Source of the DNA: an uncultured Alphaproteobacteria bacterium
GTDB lineage: Bacteria > Pseudomonadota > Alphaproteobacteria > Rickettsiales > UBA1997
Length of the DNA: 50,968 bases
Assembly (NCBI GenBank): GCA_903927415.1
Contig: CAIYMZ010000115.1
Span: 1-50,968, forward strand
Reading direction: 5' to 3'
The notes beneath the pieces are model-generated. The model was not told where the DNA came from. It made no database searches and saw only the letters and a program-made list of their open reading frames with translations. Position numbers and translations under genes: made by a program. This document shows positions 36,711 to 45,032 of this stretch, in pieces. The number at the start of each line of letters is the position of its first letter. The first letter of the stretch is position 1.

Positions 36711-38501
36711 ATGCTCTTCCCCAAAGATTTTCCCGACAAATTGCGCTCAACAATTCTGACTTCTGAAATAGTCGGAAAAAAAGTGCGGCTAAAATTACGC
36801 GGCAAAGAATTCATCGGCCTCTGCCCATTTCATAACGAAAAAACCCCGTCTTTTAGTGTCAATGATCAGAAGGGATTTTATCATTGCTTTGGCTGCGGAG
36901 CTCATGGCGATGTGATTAGTTTCGTGATGAATTCGGATGGCCTCGATTACCGTGATGCGGTGACAAAATTGGCGGATGATTTTGGTATTCCGATTCCACA
37001 AATAAAACTTGATCAAGTAAAAGAGGACAGGCTTGAGCACGATTATTTAATCCTAGAAAAAATCTGCCAATTCTTTGAAAAAAATTTACATACTGAACAG
37101 GGATTTGAGGCGCGGAATTATCTTAAAAAAAGAAGTTTAACCACGGCCATTGCAAAAAAATTTCAACTCGGCTTTGCACCAGCTTCATACGAAGCTCTGA
37201 CTAACTTTTTAAAGACCGAAAATTTTACCGACGCAGATCTGTTGCGCACTGGAGTCATTGGCCAAAATGATCGAAAAAAAATTTACGACAAATTTCGCAA
37301 CCGCATAATTTTTCCAATCACCGATAAAAAAAATCGCGTTATTGCTTTCGGCGGACGCGCGATTGGCGACGAAATGCCAAAATATTTAAACTCATCCGAA
37401 ACAGAATTTTTCAAAAAAAATCAGACGCTTTACAATTTTTACAATGCCCGCAAAGCCATATTTGCCAAGGGTTCAGCGATTGTGGTTGAAGGCTACATGG
37501 ACGCAATCGCACTGGCATCAAGCGGTATCGAAAATGTGGTGGCAGGACTCGGCACCGCACTTGGCACCGAACATTTGAAGGAACTTTTTTACACCACCGA
37601 CAAAATTGTGATTTGTTTGGATGGCGACGCCGCCGGTATCAGCGCCGCTAAACGCGTTTCTGAAATTGCTCTGCCGCTGATTAATGCTAAAAAAAATATT
37701 TATTTCGCCATCCTGCCAAACCAGATGGATCCTGATGATTTCGTCAAAAAGTTCGGCGCCAAAGAATTGGAAAAAGTTTTTGCCAATGCTGCGCCGCTTT
37801 CCGAAAGTCTTTTTGATTTTGCTTTGATTGAACTTGGGATCGAAAAAAATCAAAAAATTTCGGCAGAAAATAAGGCGAAGATCGAAGCTAATTTAGCCGC
37901 TAAAATCACGGCAATACAAGATCCATCGTCAAAAAAATATTTCTCATTTTTTGTCAAAGATTTGCTTTTTTCTCTCGGCCGCAATCAGAAAAAAAATCTC
38001 GGAAATTTTACCAGCAAAATTTATGCTACGCCTCAAAATTTCTCCAATAATTCTGCTGACTCATTAGCAAAAAACATCATCGCTTTTATCATTCATTTCC
38101 CAGAGTTGGCACACTTTCGTGACGATGATTTCAATGTTACGGGGGTACAATTCAGCAATGAAAGCCTCACTCTTTTGAAAGAATCTGTCATTGAGCTCAT
38201 TGAAAATAACGAGAAAGATTTACTCGCCGCCCTTGAAAAATCGCAGTTCAATGAAGATATTGCTGATATCAAAAATATTCTTGTAAGGCTTGCACCAATC
38301 GATCTAGACTCGGGCGTGATTAAATTCCGCATCCTACTTCTGAAAGATTTATTACTTCGAGTAGAGCAGCAATATCAAGAGTCACATCAAGAGACACTTG
38401 GTCAATTTGACGAAGTTACAAATCAAAAAATCAAAGAAATTTTTAATTACAAAAACTCTCTCGAGCAAAAAATTTTATCTCTAGAGAAAGCAATTATTTA
38501 A
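36711..38501 (+). CDS. dnaG: DNA primase
   Basis: Zinc finger [38 protein letters not shown]. Toprim [11 protein letters not shown]...LDGDAAG. The start is moved to the ATG at 36711, and the 28 upstream codons that overlap the preceding gene are rejected. Confidence 0.92.
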   Translation: MLFPKDFPDKLRSTILTSEIVGKKVRLKLRGKEFIGLCPFHNEKTPSFSVNDQKGFYHCFGCGAHGDVISFVMNSDGLDYRDAVTKLADDFGIPIPQIKLDQVKEDRLEHDYLILEKICQFFEKNLHTEQGFEARNYLKKRSLTTAIAKKFQLGFAPASYEALTNFLKTENFTDADLLRTGVIGQNDRKKIYDKFRNRIIFPITDKKNRVIAFGGRAIGDEMPKYLNSSETEFFKKNQTLYNFYNARKAIFAKGSAIVVEGYMDAIALASSGIENVVAGLGTALGTEHLKELFYTTDKIVICLDGDAAGISAAKRVSEIALPLINAKKNIYFAILPNQMDPDDFVKKFGAKELEKVFANAAPLSESLFDFALIELGIEKNQKISAENKAKIEANLAAKITAIQDPSSKKYFSFFVKDLLFSLGRNQKKNLGNFTSKIYATPQNFSNNSADSLAKNIIAFIIHFPELAHFRDDDFNVTGVQFSNESLTLLKESVIELIENNEKDLLAALEKSQFNEDIADIKNILVRLAPIDLDSGVIKFRILLLKDLLLRVEQQYQESHQETLGQFDEVTNQKIKEIFNYKNSLEQKILSLEKAII

Positions 38502-38518
38502 CCTGTTTGGAGAAAAAA

Positions 38519-40867
38519 ATGGCGGCAAAGAAAAAAATGGCTAAGGTGATAAAAAAAGCAGTAGCTAAAAAGCCGCTGAAAAAACCTACGAAGCCAATAA
38601 AAGCGGTGGTTAAGAAAATCTCCAAACCGGTTAAAACGCAAATCGACAAGAAAAAAATTCAACCAAAAAAATTGGCCAAAACTCAGAAAGTTGCGCCAAA
38701 AAAAGCGGCAAAAATTACGCCGAAAAAGCTGCTAAAAATCGCAAAGCCAAAAAAAGAAAGGGAGAAAAAAGCGCCAAAGATCAAAAAAGAAAGGGAGAAA
38801 AAAGCGCCAAAGATCAAAAAAGAAAAAATAAAAAAAGAGCCGAAGCCAAAAAAAGAGAGGAAGGTTAAAGTAAAAATCCCAGTTAACGATAGAACTGTCG
38901 CTCTCGCAGAAAAATTTCAACTCATCCAAGATGTTAGGTCTGCTCTGCAAAAAAAAGATGATGATGGTAAAAAACTTTCGAACGATTTGGCGGATAAATT
39001 AAAAAAACTTTTGGCTTTAGGTAAAACTCAAGGTTTTTTAACTCATGATCAAATCAATGAAAATATCGATTCCGATATCGACCCCCGTAAGCTCGATCGC
39101 ATTCTCGACATTCTAACTGAGTTCAAAATTCAAATCGTCGAGAAAGAAGATGACTTGGAAAAATTACTTGAAGAAGGCCTTGCCGCAAAAGATGAGGAAA
39201 AAGCACAAAAGCGCAGTGAAGACTCCGTAAAAACTTATCTCAAATCAATGAGCATGGTGAAGCTTTTGACTCGTGAAGATGAAGTGGCAATCGCAATGCG
39301 CATCGAAGAAGGTCGCAATAAAACCGTAAAATCACTTTACCAAAGCCCGATCATCATGCGCCATTTTATCGAGTGGTATGGCGGACTATCAAACGGCACC
39401 ATTTTATTGCGCGACATCATTCGTATTGATGAGACCTATAACTCAGAACTCGAAGAAATTATTAGAAATAATGAACAGCAAGCCGCAGAAGCAGAAGCCG
39501 CTGCAAATGCTAGCGCGGTTGAAGATGTAACAGCGATCATCAATGAACAAGTTGATGTTTCTGCAGAAGAATCTTTGTTTGAAGATGAGGAACTTGAAGA
39601 AATCGATGAAAGCGTGGTTTCATTTGTTTCGATGGAAAGAATTTTGATGCCAAAGATGCTCGATCTCTTTCAAAAAATTGCTCACGTTTGTCAAAAAATT
39701 CTCGATAAGTCAGAAAATAAAACTTACGAACAAGCAAAAACAGACAAAGAAATTAACAAGCTAAAGATTGAGTTTGAAAGACTCTCGCAAGAAGTCAGTT
39801 TCAATGATTCTCTGATTAAAGCATTGGTTGAACAGCTTTATGAAGCTCAACAAAAACTCATCGAAATTGAAATGGGGTTACTACGACATTCGCAAGGATT
39901 CGGGATCGATAAAAGTGATTTTCTAAAAAATTATCCTGGCGTTGAAGAGGGTGATCAATGGCTCAAAAAAATAACCGCACTAAAAGATAAAAAATGGCAA
40001 AATTTTTCCTCAAAAGGCAAAGAAACCATAAAAGAAATTCAGACCAGAATTAACAAATTTACCAAAATTATGGGACTTAAAATCACTGATTTTAAGTATC
40101 TCATCAACATTTTGCGCCGCAGTCAGGAAGAGGAATTGAAGGCAAAAAAAGAAATGATTGAGGCCAATTTACGTCTCGTAGTTTCAATCGCCAAAAAATA
40201 TACCAATCGCGGCTTACAATTTTTGGATTTGATTCAGGAAGGCAATATTGGTCTGATGCGCGCCGTCGACAAATTCGAATATCGTCGTGGTTACAAATTT
40301 TCGACTTACGCCACTTGGTGGATTCGTCAGGCCATCACTCGCGCCATTGCCGACCAATCACGCACAATCCGCATTCCAATCCACATGGTTGAAACGATTA
40401 ACAAAATCGTCAAAACTTCACGCCAACTCACGCAAGAACTTGGTCGCACACCAGACGCACAAGAAATCGCCGATAAACTTTTGATGCCAGTCGATAAAGT
40501 CAGAAAGGTTTTAAGAACTTCGAAAGATCCAGTAAGCCTTGAATCTCCCGTTTCTGGAGATGATGAGGATAGCGTACTCGGCGATTTTATTGAGGATAAA
40601 ACAGCAGTTCTGCCTTTCGACGCTGCATCACATTCCAAGTTAAAAGAGGTAACAGCTCAAATGTTGTCATCACTCACCCCGCGCGAAGAACGAGTGCTAC
40701 GCATGCGCTTCGGCATTGGGATGGTGACCGATCACACTTTGGAAGAAGTGGGCAAACAATTTTCAGTTACGCGTGAACGGATTCGCCAAATTGAAGCGAA
40801 GGCGCTGAAGAAATTGCAGCATCCGAAAAGAGCGAAGCTGTTGAAGAGTTTTTTGACGGACGTTTAG
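38519..40867 (+). CDS. rpoD: RNA polymerase sigma-70 factor RpoD with a roughly 150-aa N-terminal extension, about 120 aa of it Lys/Pro/Ala-rich
   Basis: Regions 2-4 are intact: [57 protein letters not shown], and [14 protein letters not shown]...[24 protein letters not shown] lies 6 nt upstream of the ATG at 38519. The ORF track opens at TTG 38507. Confidence 0.93.
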   Translation: MAAKKKMAKVIKKAVAKKPLKKPTKPIKAVVKKISKPVKTQIDKKKIQPKKLAKTQKVAPKKAAKITPKKLLKIAKPKKEREKKAPKIKKEREKKAPKIKKEKIKKEPKPKKERKVKVKIPVNDRTVALAEKFQLIQDVRSALQKKDDDGKKLSNDLADKLKKLLALGKTQGFLTHDQINENIDSDIDPRKLDRILDILTEFKIQIVEKEDDLEKLLEEGLAAKDEEKAQKRSEDSVKTYLKSMSMVKLLTREDEVAIAMRIEEGRNKTVKSLYQSPIIMRHFIEWYGGLSNGTILLRDIIRIDETYNSELEEIIRNNEQQAAEAEAAANASAVEDVTAIINEQVDVSAEESLFEDEELEEIDESVVSFVSMERILMPKMLDLFQKIAHVCQKILDKSENKTYEQAKTDKEINKLKIEFERLSQEVSFNDSLIKALVEQLYEAQQKLIEIEMGLLRHSQGFGIDKSDFLKNYPGVEEGDQWLKKITALKDKKWQNFSSKGKETIKEIQTRINKFTKIMGLKITDFKYLINILRRSQEEELKAKKEMIEANLRLVVSIAKKYTNRGLQFLDLIQEGNIGLMRAVDKFEYRRGYKFSTYATWWIRQAITRAIADQSRTIRIPIHMVETINKIVKTSRQLTQELGRTPDAQEIADKLLMPVDKVRKVLRTSKDPVSLESPVSGDDEDSVLGDFIEDKTAVLPFDAASHSKLKEVTAQMLSSLTPREERVLRMRFGIGMVTDHTLEEVGKQFSVTRERIRQIEAKALKKLQHPKRAKLLKSFLTDV
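38750..38815 (+). repeat. Perfect 2 x 33-bp tandem duplication inside rpoD
   Basis: AAAAAAGAAAGGGAGAAAAAAGCGCCAAAGATC occurs twice, then a partial third unit follows. It encodes [11 protein letters not shown] twice. Confidence 0.9.
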
Positions 40868-40890
40868 AAAAAAGTCAGAACACGTTTTAC

Positions 40891-40934
40891 AAAAAATACC
40901 CCGTCAGAAATTTTTTCTGACGGGGTATTTTTTT
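40891..40934 (+). terminator. Rho-independent terminator of rpoD
   Basis: TACCCCGTCAGAAAA / TTTTCTGACGGGGTA is a perfect long stem followed by T7. Confidence 0.85.
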
Positions 40935-40996
40935 GCCCAAATTTTTTGCTCAGAATTTTTTTGCTTGTGAGTTTTTTTGAAGAAAAAAATAAGATT

Positions 40997-41017
40997 GTCG
41001 CCCTAGGGCGACTTTTT
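40997..41017. repeat. Family-B hairpin, copy 2
   Basis: GTCGCCCTAGGGCGACTTTTT is identical to 1036-1056. Confidence 0.8.
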
Positions 41018-41104
41018 AACAAAACAGCTCCGGAGTCAGCAATTTCAATGTCTCAAACAAAAACATTAATCTCTCAAAAAAATGCAAATTTCCTAGTAGC
41101 AGGA

Positions 41105-41190
41105 TGGACCCCGCAACAAGTGCTGGGTGACAATCACGATGAGATTTAGAGTGCGTAACACTGAAGCTAATTTTTTAAGCGTTATTGGGG
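41105..41190. repeat. Half copy (right arm) of the family-A foldback element
   Basis: Collinear with 1862-1947: TGGACCCCGCAACAAGTGCtGGGTGACAATCaCGATGAGATTTAGAGTGCGTAACACTGAAGCTAATTT..AAGCGTTATTGGGG. The left arm is absent. Confidence 0.8.
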
Positions 41191-41214
41191 TTAAAAATAA
41201 ATTCTGAACTCGCG

Positions 41215-41237
41215 GCGAGGAAATCCTCCGACCTCGC
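41215..41237. repeat. Short hairpin carrying the motif AGGAAATCCTCCGACCT
   Basis: GCGAGGAAATCCTCCGACCTCGC. The 17-nt core matches 43679-43695 with one mismatch, in the same orientation. Confidence 0.55.
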
Positions 41238-41389
41238 TTTCGTGAGGCCATTCTCGCTAAAAACGATTTCATCGTTTTTTTAACGCTCGAAGCCTTTTTA
41301 CTCACAAATTTTTTTATTTTTTTGAGTGAGTTGCAATCGCTGAAGCGATTGTCAAAGGAGGTTTAGATCGAATCTGCCTCACGCCACTG

Positions 41390-41412
41390 AAAACAGCCGT
41401 TGAGGCTGTTTT
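41390..41412 (-). terminator. Terminator hairpin downstream of metC
   Basis: The minus strand reads AAAACAGCC-TCAAC-GGCTGTTTT, starting 3 nt after the metC stop. Confidence 0.6.
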
Positions 41413-41415
41413 CTC

Positions 41416-42615
41416 CTATTTTCGTAGCCGCTTAAATCCTGCTTCGAGATCTTCCATCAAATCCTCAACATCCTCCAACCCAACATTAATTCGCAGGCAG
41501 GTTTTGTTGCTGTAAGGCCATTTGGTGGCGGTGCGAACTGCGGTTGGATCTACCGGTAGAATCAATGATTCGTAGCCGCCCCACGAATATCCCATTCCGT
41601 AAAAGTGAAGCCTGTCAACCATTCGAGCTAGTGATTCGTTGGAATATTTGCGATCCAAAACAATGGTGAACAATCCTGCAGCACCGTTGAAATCGCGCTT
41701 CCACAGCTTGTGTCCGACATCTGATTCCAAGGCCGGATAAAAAACTTTCGCAACTTCTGGTCTGCCTTCGAGCCAAGTGGCAAGCTGCAGCGAGGATTTG
41801 AAGCAGTGATCCATGCGGATTTTGGAAGTGCGAAGTCCGCGTTGAACCATGTAGCAACTGTGCGGCGATGCGGTTACGGCCATGTAGCGGAAGGCTTCGT
41901 ACATTACGCGGAAATGTTTTTCCTGCACCGTGATTGAACCCATCATCATGTCGGAATGGCCGTTAATGTATTTTGTGAGAGCCATCACCGACACGTCAAC
42001 GCCGTGCTCCAACGGTTTAAAATAAATTCCGCTCGCCCAAGAATTGTCGAGAATGGTGACGACGCCGAGCTTCTTCGCCACTTTGCAAATCGCTGAAACG
42101 TCTTGCACCTCGAAACTTAGAGAACCGGGGCTTTCCATGAAAATTACTTTGGTGTTTTTCTTGATTAATTTCGCGATATCAGCGCCGATTAGCGGATTGT
42201 AGTAAGTGGTTTCAATGCCGAGTTTTTTCAAAAATTTATCAGCGAAAGAACGCGTTGGCGAATAGGTGTTGTCGACCAAAAGCATGTGGTCGCCTTGTTT
42301 CAAAAATGCCACGAGAGCAGTGTTGATGGCAGCCGCACCCGAAGAGGTGACGAAGGAATTGTAGCCGCCTTCGATCTCAGCAATCGCTTTTTCCAACGCA
42401 AAATTTGTTTGCGTGCCGTAGCGGCCGTATTTGAGTTCGTAGGGTTGAACCAGATCGTTGTTGGAATAGCCGCGCTCAGCGTAGAGCAAATCTTTCAGCG
42501 TCGGAAAAACGATTGTTGAAGTTTGGTAGATTGGAGGATTGACCATCCAGCCTTGCTCTTTGGGATCACGTCCAGCGTGAATGATGCGAGTTGCTTCGCC
42601 GATTTTCTTTTCCAT
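41416..42615 (-). CDS. metC: Cystathionine beta-lyase (Cys/Met-metabolism PLP enzyme)
   Basis: 399 aa. YGRYGTQTN, SSGAAAI, and VSVMALTKYINGHSD (PLP lysine). Confidence 0.85.
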   Translation of the reverse strand: MEKKIGEATRIIHAGRDPKEQGWMVNPPIYQTSTIVFPTLKDLLYAERGYSNNDLVQPYELKYGRYGTQTNFALEKAIAEIEGGYNSFVTSSGAAAINTALVAFLKQGDHMLLVDNTYSPTRSFADKFLKKLGIETTYYNPLIGADIAKLIKKNTKVIFMESPGSLSFEVQDVSAICKVAKKLGVVTILDNSWASGIYFKPLEHGVDVSVMALTKYINGHSDMMMGSITVQEKHFRVMYEAFRYMAVTASPHSCYMVQRGLRTSKIRMDHCFKSSLQLATWLEGRPEVAKVFYPALESDVGHKLWKRDFNGAAGLFTIVLDRKYSNESLARMVDRLHFYGMGYSWGGYESLILPVDPTAVRTATKWPYSNKTCLRINVGLEDVEDLMEDLEAGFKRLRK

Positions 42616-42635
42616 TTTTTTACCGAAATTTTGAG

Positions 42636-42986
42636 TTAGAGGGAGTGCATTTTTTTCCCCGCCAAAATATGCAGGTGGAAATGTGGAACGGTTTGATTGG
42701 CGTTAAATCCAGTGTTTGAAACGATGCGGAAGCCTGATTTATCTGCTTCGAGCAGCTTGGCGATTTCAGAAACTTTTTTAAAAAAATTAGAAATTTCTTC
42801 GGTGCTAGCTTGCGCAGTGAAATCAGAAAAATTTTTATATTCGCCTTTTGGAACTACTAAAACGTGAATCGGCGCCACTTTCGAAATGTCGTGAAATGCC
42901 AAAATTTTTTCATCTTCGTAAACTTTTGAAGCCGGAATTTCTCCGCGGATAATTTTGGCGAAAATGTTATTTTGGTCGTAGGGCAT
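42636..42986 (-). CDS. hinT: HIT-family nucleotide hydrolase (HinT-like)
   Basis: 116 aa. IFAKIIRGEIP and histidine triad VPHFHLHILAG. Confidence 0.88.
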   Translation of the reverse strand: MPYDQNNIFAKIIRGEIPASKVYEDEKILAFHDISKVAPIHVLVVPKGEYKNFSDFTAQASTEEISNFFKKVSEIAKLLEADKSGFRIVSNTGFNANQTVPHFHLHILAGKKMHSL

Positions 42987-43617
42987 GTTTTGTTTTTTCG
43001 AAATTTAGCGATGAAAAATTTATTTCTTCATCAAACCATTTGGCGATGTCAGAATTGATCCAGCTAACAATTTCGATAAATTGGCAATAATATTTTTCTA
43101 GCGGGAAATAAATTATGCACTCGCAATGAGAAATTCTATTTCTCAATTTTCGCAATATTTCCAATCTTTCACGAATCTTTGCTCTGCTTGGGTGCGAACC
43201 TTCATTATAAAAAATTTTATGGAGTGATTTTTTCCACAATTTATCGCAATGTGGACTAAAAATATTTGTCCAAAAACCAAAATTTAAATTCGATGTGACA
43301 TTGCAAGAATTAATTTCTTTCTTGTCTCCAAGCAGCTTCAGCTTCACTTCATGAATCATGTCACGCTGCTTATCGGAAAAATTAATCGCCTCGTCATCAA
43401 ACCAATTTTTACCAAAATTTTCTATGAGCTGATGGTTTACCGAATTCCGTAACAGAACTTCGAATTGAATTAATGCGGTAAAAAATTTTTCACTGCATTT
43501 TATGTTGAGCTTGTAGAGCTCAATAAAATCAACTCCACCGCCAGCAATTTGCTGATATTTCTCGAGACGAGATTTGGAAAAATATTTTTCCAAAACAGGT
43601 TTTTTGATGTTTTGCAT
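42967..43617 (-). CDS. Abi_2-like (AbiD/AbiF family) abortive-infection protein
   Basis: 216 aa. YFSKSRLEKY, FEVLLRNSVNHQL, NFGFWTNIF and LRKLRNRISHCECI follow the order of Abi_2 family motifs. The 3' end overlaps the hinT start by 20 nt. Confidence 0.65.
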   Translation of the reverse strand: MQNIKKPVLEKYFSKSRLEKYQQIAGGGVDFIELYKLNIKCSEKFFTALIQFEVLLRNSVNHQLIENFGKNWFDDEAINFSDKQRDMIHEVKLKLLGDKKEINSCNVTSNLNFGFWTNIFSPHCDKLWKKSLHKIFYNEGSHPSRAKIRERLEILRKLRNRISHCECIIYFPLEKYYCQFIEIVSWINSDIAKWFDEEINFSSLNFEKTKHALRPK

Positions 43618-43650
43618 TTAGGTTTTTTTGTGGTTGACAAAAAAAAAATT

Positions 43651-43679
43651 ATTCTAACGATTCTGCGCCGTGTGCCCAA
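43651..43679 (-). promoter_or_regulatory. Candidate promoter of the abi-hinT-metC unit
   Basis: The minus strand reads TTGGGC-N17-TAGAAT, about 30 nt upstream of the abi ATG. The -35 lies inside the repeat hairpin, and a T10 tract follows the -10. Confidence 0.35.
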
Positions 43680-43721
43680 GGAAATCCTCTGACCTGACAA
43701 AATCAGGTTATGACCCTTGGG
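43675..43721. repeat. Hairpin element carrying the motif AGGAAATCCTCTGACCT
   Basis: The CCCAAGG...CCTTGGG outer stem encloses the CCTGACAAAATCAGG inner hairpin. It shares a 17-nt core with 41215-41237. Confidence 0.55.
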
Positions 43722-43739
43722 TTTCTTTTTGCCTAAAAT

Positions 43740-44312
43740 TTACCTCACCCTCTCCACATCAACAGCTACACGAACCGTAACCATGCGGTCTGGATCAATA
43801 ACTTTTCCGTCTCTTCCTCCGCCTTTTTTAATTTGGTCAACAAGCTCCATACCTTTGATCACGCGTCCCCAGATCGTGTATTGATTGTCCAAAAATCTTG
43901 AATCTTTGGTGACGATGAAAAACTGACTATTGCCACTGTTGGGATCGGAAGCGCGCGCCATTGAAACTGCGCCACGAATGTGAGGCTCATCGGAAAATTC
44001 GGCTTTAATGTCAGGCAATTTACTGCCTCCCATTCCGGTTCCAGTAGGATCTCCAGTTTGCGCCATGAAACCGTCAATCACGCGGTGAAAAACGATGCCA
44101 TCATAAAATTTTTGACGCGCCAAAAGTTTGATGCGCTCAACATGTTTCGGAGCGATTTTTGGCAAAAGTTCGATCACAACGCGACCGTTTTTTAATTCGA
44201 TGTAAAGAGTGTTTTCCAAATCCACATTACTGCGATTTTGTTGAGCTGATGACTGATTCATAAAAGAAAAAAAGAAAGTTAAAAAAGTAAGAAACGAGAG
44301 AAATTTTTTCAT
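43740..44312 (-). CDS. ppiA: Periplasmic cyclophilin-type peptidyl-prolyl isomerase
   Basis: Start moved to the ATG at 44312 (MKKFLSFLTFL..., a signal peptide). FHRVIDGFMAQTGDP and NSGNSQFFI. Confidence 0.9.
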   Translation of the reverse strand: MKKFLSFLTFLTFFFSFMNQSSAQQNRSNVDLENTLYIELKNGRVVIELLPKIAPKHVERIKLLARQKFYDGIVFHRVIDGFMAQTGDPTGTGMGGSKLPDIKAEFSDEPHIRGAVSMARASDPNSGNSQFFIVTKDSRFLDNQYTIWGRVIKGMELVDQIKKGGGRDGKVIDPDRMVTVRVAVDVERVR

Positions 44313-44497
44313 AGTTAGGCTGATTGAAATTGGCAGGATTTCTACGAGAAGGCGCGCGGGTTTTATGAAATGAAAAACAATTTTCAAACCAAAATAATTC
44401 TGCTTGTTTATTGCTGGAGGCGTTAATATTTTTTTGTGACTTGAGTAGCATTTTTCACTCAAGAATTCCCCCCAAAAAAATAAAAAGAGGTTACACC

Positions 44498-44953
44498 ATG
44501 TCGATTAATAAAGTCATTTTAGTAGGTAATGTTGGCCAAGATCCTGACATCAGATCAACCAGCGACGGACGCGAACTCGCAAATTTTTCTCTCGCAACTT
44601 CTGAGAGCTGGAAAGACAAAAACACTGGTGAAAAAAAAGAAAAAACTGAATGGCACAAGATCGTTATTTTTTCGCAAGGCCTTGTCGGAATTGTAAAAAA
44701 TTACGTCAAAAAAGGTTCGAAACTTTACATCGAAGGCTCAATGCAAACTAGAAAATGGACCGACAAAGATGGCGTTGAAAAATACACCACTGAAGTCGTG
44801 CTCCAAAATTTCAATTCAACTTTACAAATTCTTGACTCGAGAGACCGCAATTCATCTGGCTCTGGAGATTCTTACTCCTCAAGCCAAGCAAGCAGCAAAC
44901 CAAAAAATAACGATATTTCAGTCGAAGAAACTGACGACGAAATTCCGTTCTAA
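44498..44953 (+). CDS. ssb: Single-stranded DNA-binding protein
   Basis: Start moved to the ATG at 44498 (MSINKVILVGNVGQDPD), with AAGAGG SD upstream. TEWHKIVIF. Acidic tail DDEIPF. Confidence 0.93.
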   Translation: MSINKVILVGNVGQDPDIRSTSDGRELANFSLATSESWKDKNTGEKKEKTEWHKIVIFSQGLVGIVKNYVKKGSKLYIEGSMQTRKWTDKDGVEKYTTEVVLQNFNSTLQILDSRDRNSSGSGDSYSSSQASSKPKNNDISVEETDDEIPF

Positions 44954-44970
44954 ATTTTTAAAGAATTTTT

Positions 44971-45005
44971 AGCGCATCTGAGTCAATCAGGTGCGCTATT
45001 TTTTT
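44971..45005 (+). terminator. Rho-independent terminator of ssb
   Basis: AGCGCATCTGA-GTCAA-TCAGGTGCGCT is an 11-bp stem with one G-T pair, followed by ATTTTTTT. Confidence 0.75.
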
Positions 45006-45026
45006 GCCTATTGCCTAACGCCTAAT
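45006..45026 (+). repeat. Tandem heptamer array GCCTATT-GCCTAAC-GCCTAAT
   Basis: Three direct 7-nt units ending 6 nt before the nuoG ATG. Shares GCCTAACGCCTA with 5366-5377. Confidence 0.85.
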
Positions 45027-45032
45027 TTTTTT

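Noticed and set aside
38750-38815. CRISPR-like regularity (33-bp repeats here, and the heptamer arrays at 5359, 24221 and 45006).
   Set aside because: The 33-bp units are directly adjacent with no spacers and lie in-frame in rpoD. The heptamers are far too short. No cas genes are present, so none of these is a CRISPR array.
41355-41380. tRNA- or tmRNA-like T-arm (…AGATCGAATCT…).
   Set aside because: No acceptor stem, no CCA context and no other arms can be drawn. It is a simple short hairpin. The only convincing tRNA in the window is tRNA-Thr at 10814-10888.
43637-43646. Homopolymer tracts as phase-variation switches: A10 upstream of abi; A9 in virB4 at 6619-6627, in tgt at 21256-21264, and in the transglutaminase-like gene at 27885-27893; and A8 in several other genes.
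   Set aside because: Such runs are expected at this frequency in an AT-rich, Lys-rich genome. All coding tracts are currently in frame, and there is no population data to show length variation.
43675-43721. Possible SRP (4.5S) RNA, because the minus strand reads ...GUCAGGUCAGAGGAUUUCCUUGGGCA..., reminiscent of the GUCAGGUCCGGAAGGAAGCAGC helix-8 motif.
   Set aside because: The GGAA tetraloop and the AGCA symmetric-loop residues are absent. The core 17-mer is also repeated at 41219, so it behaves as a dispersed repeat rather than a single-copy RNA gene.
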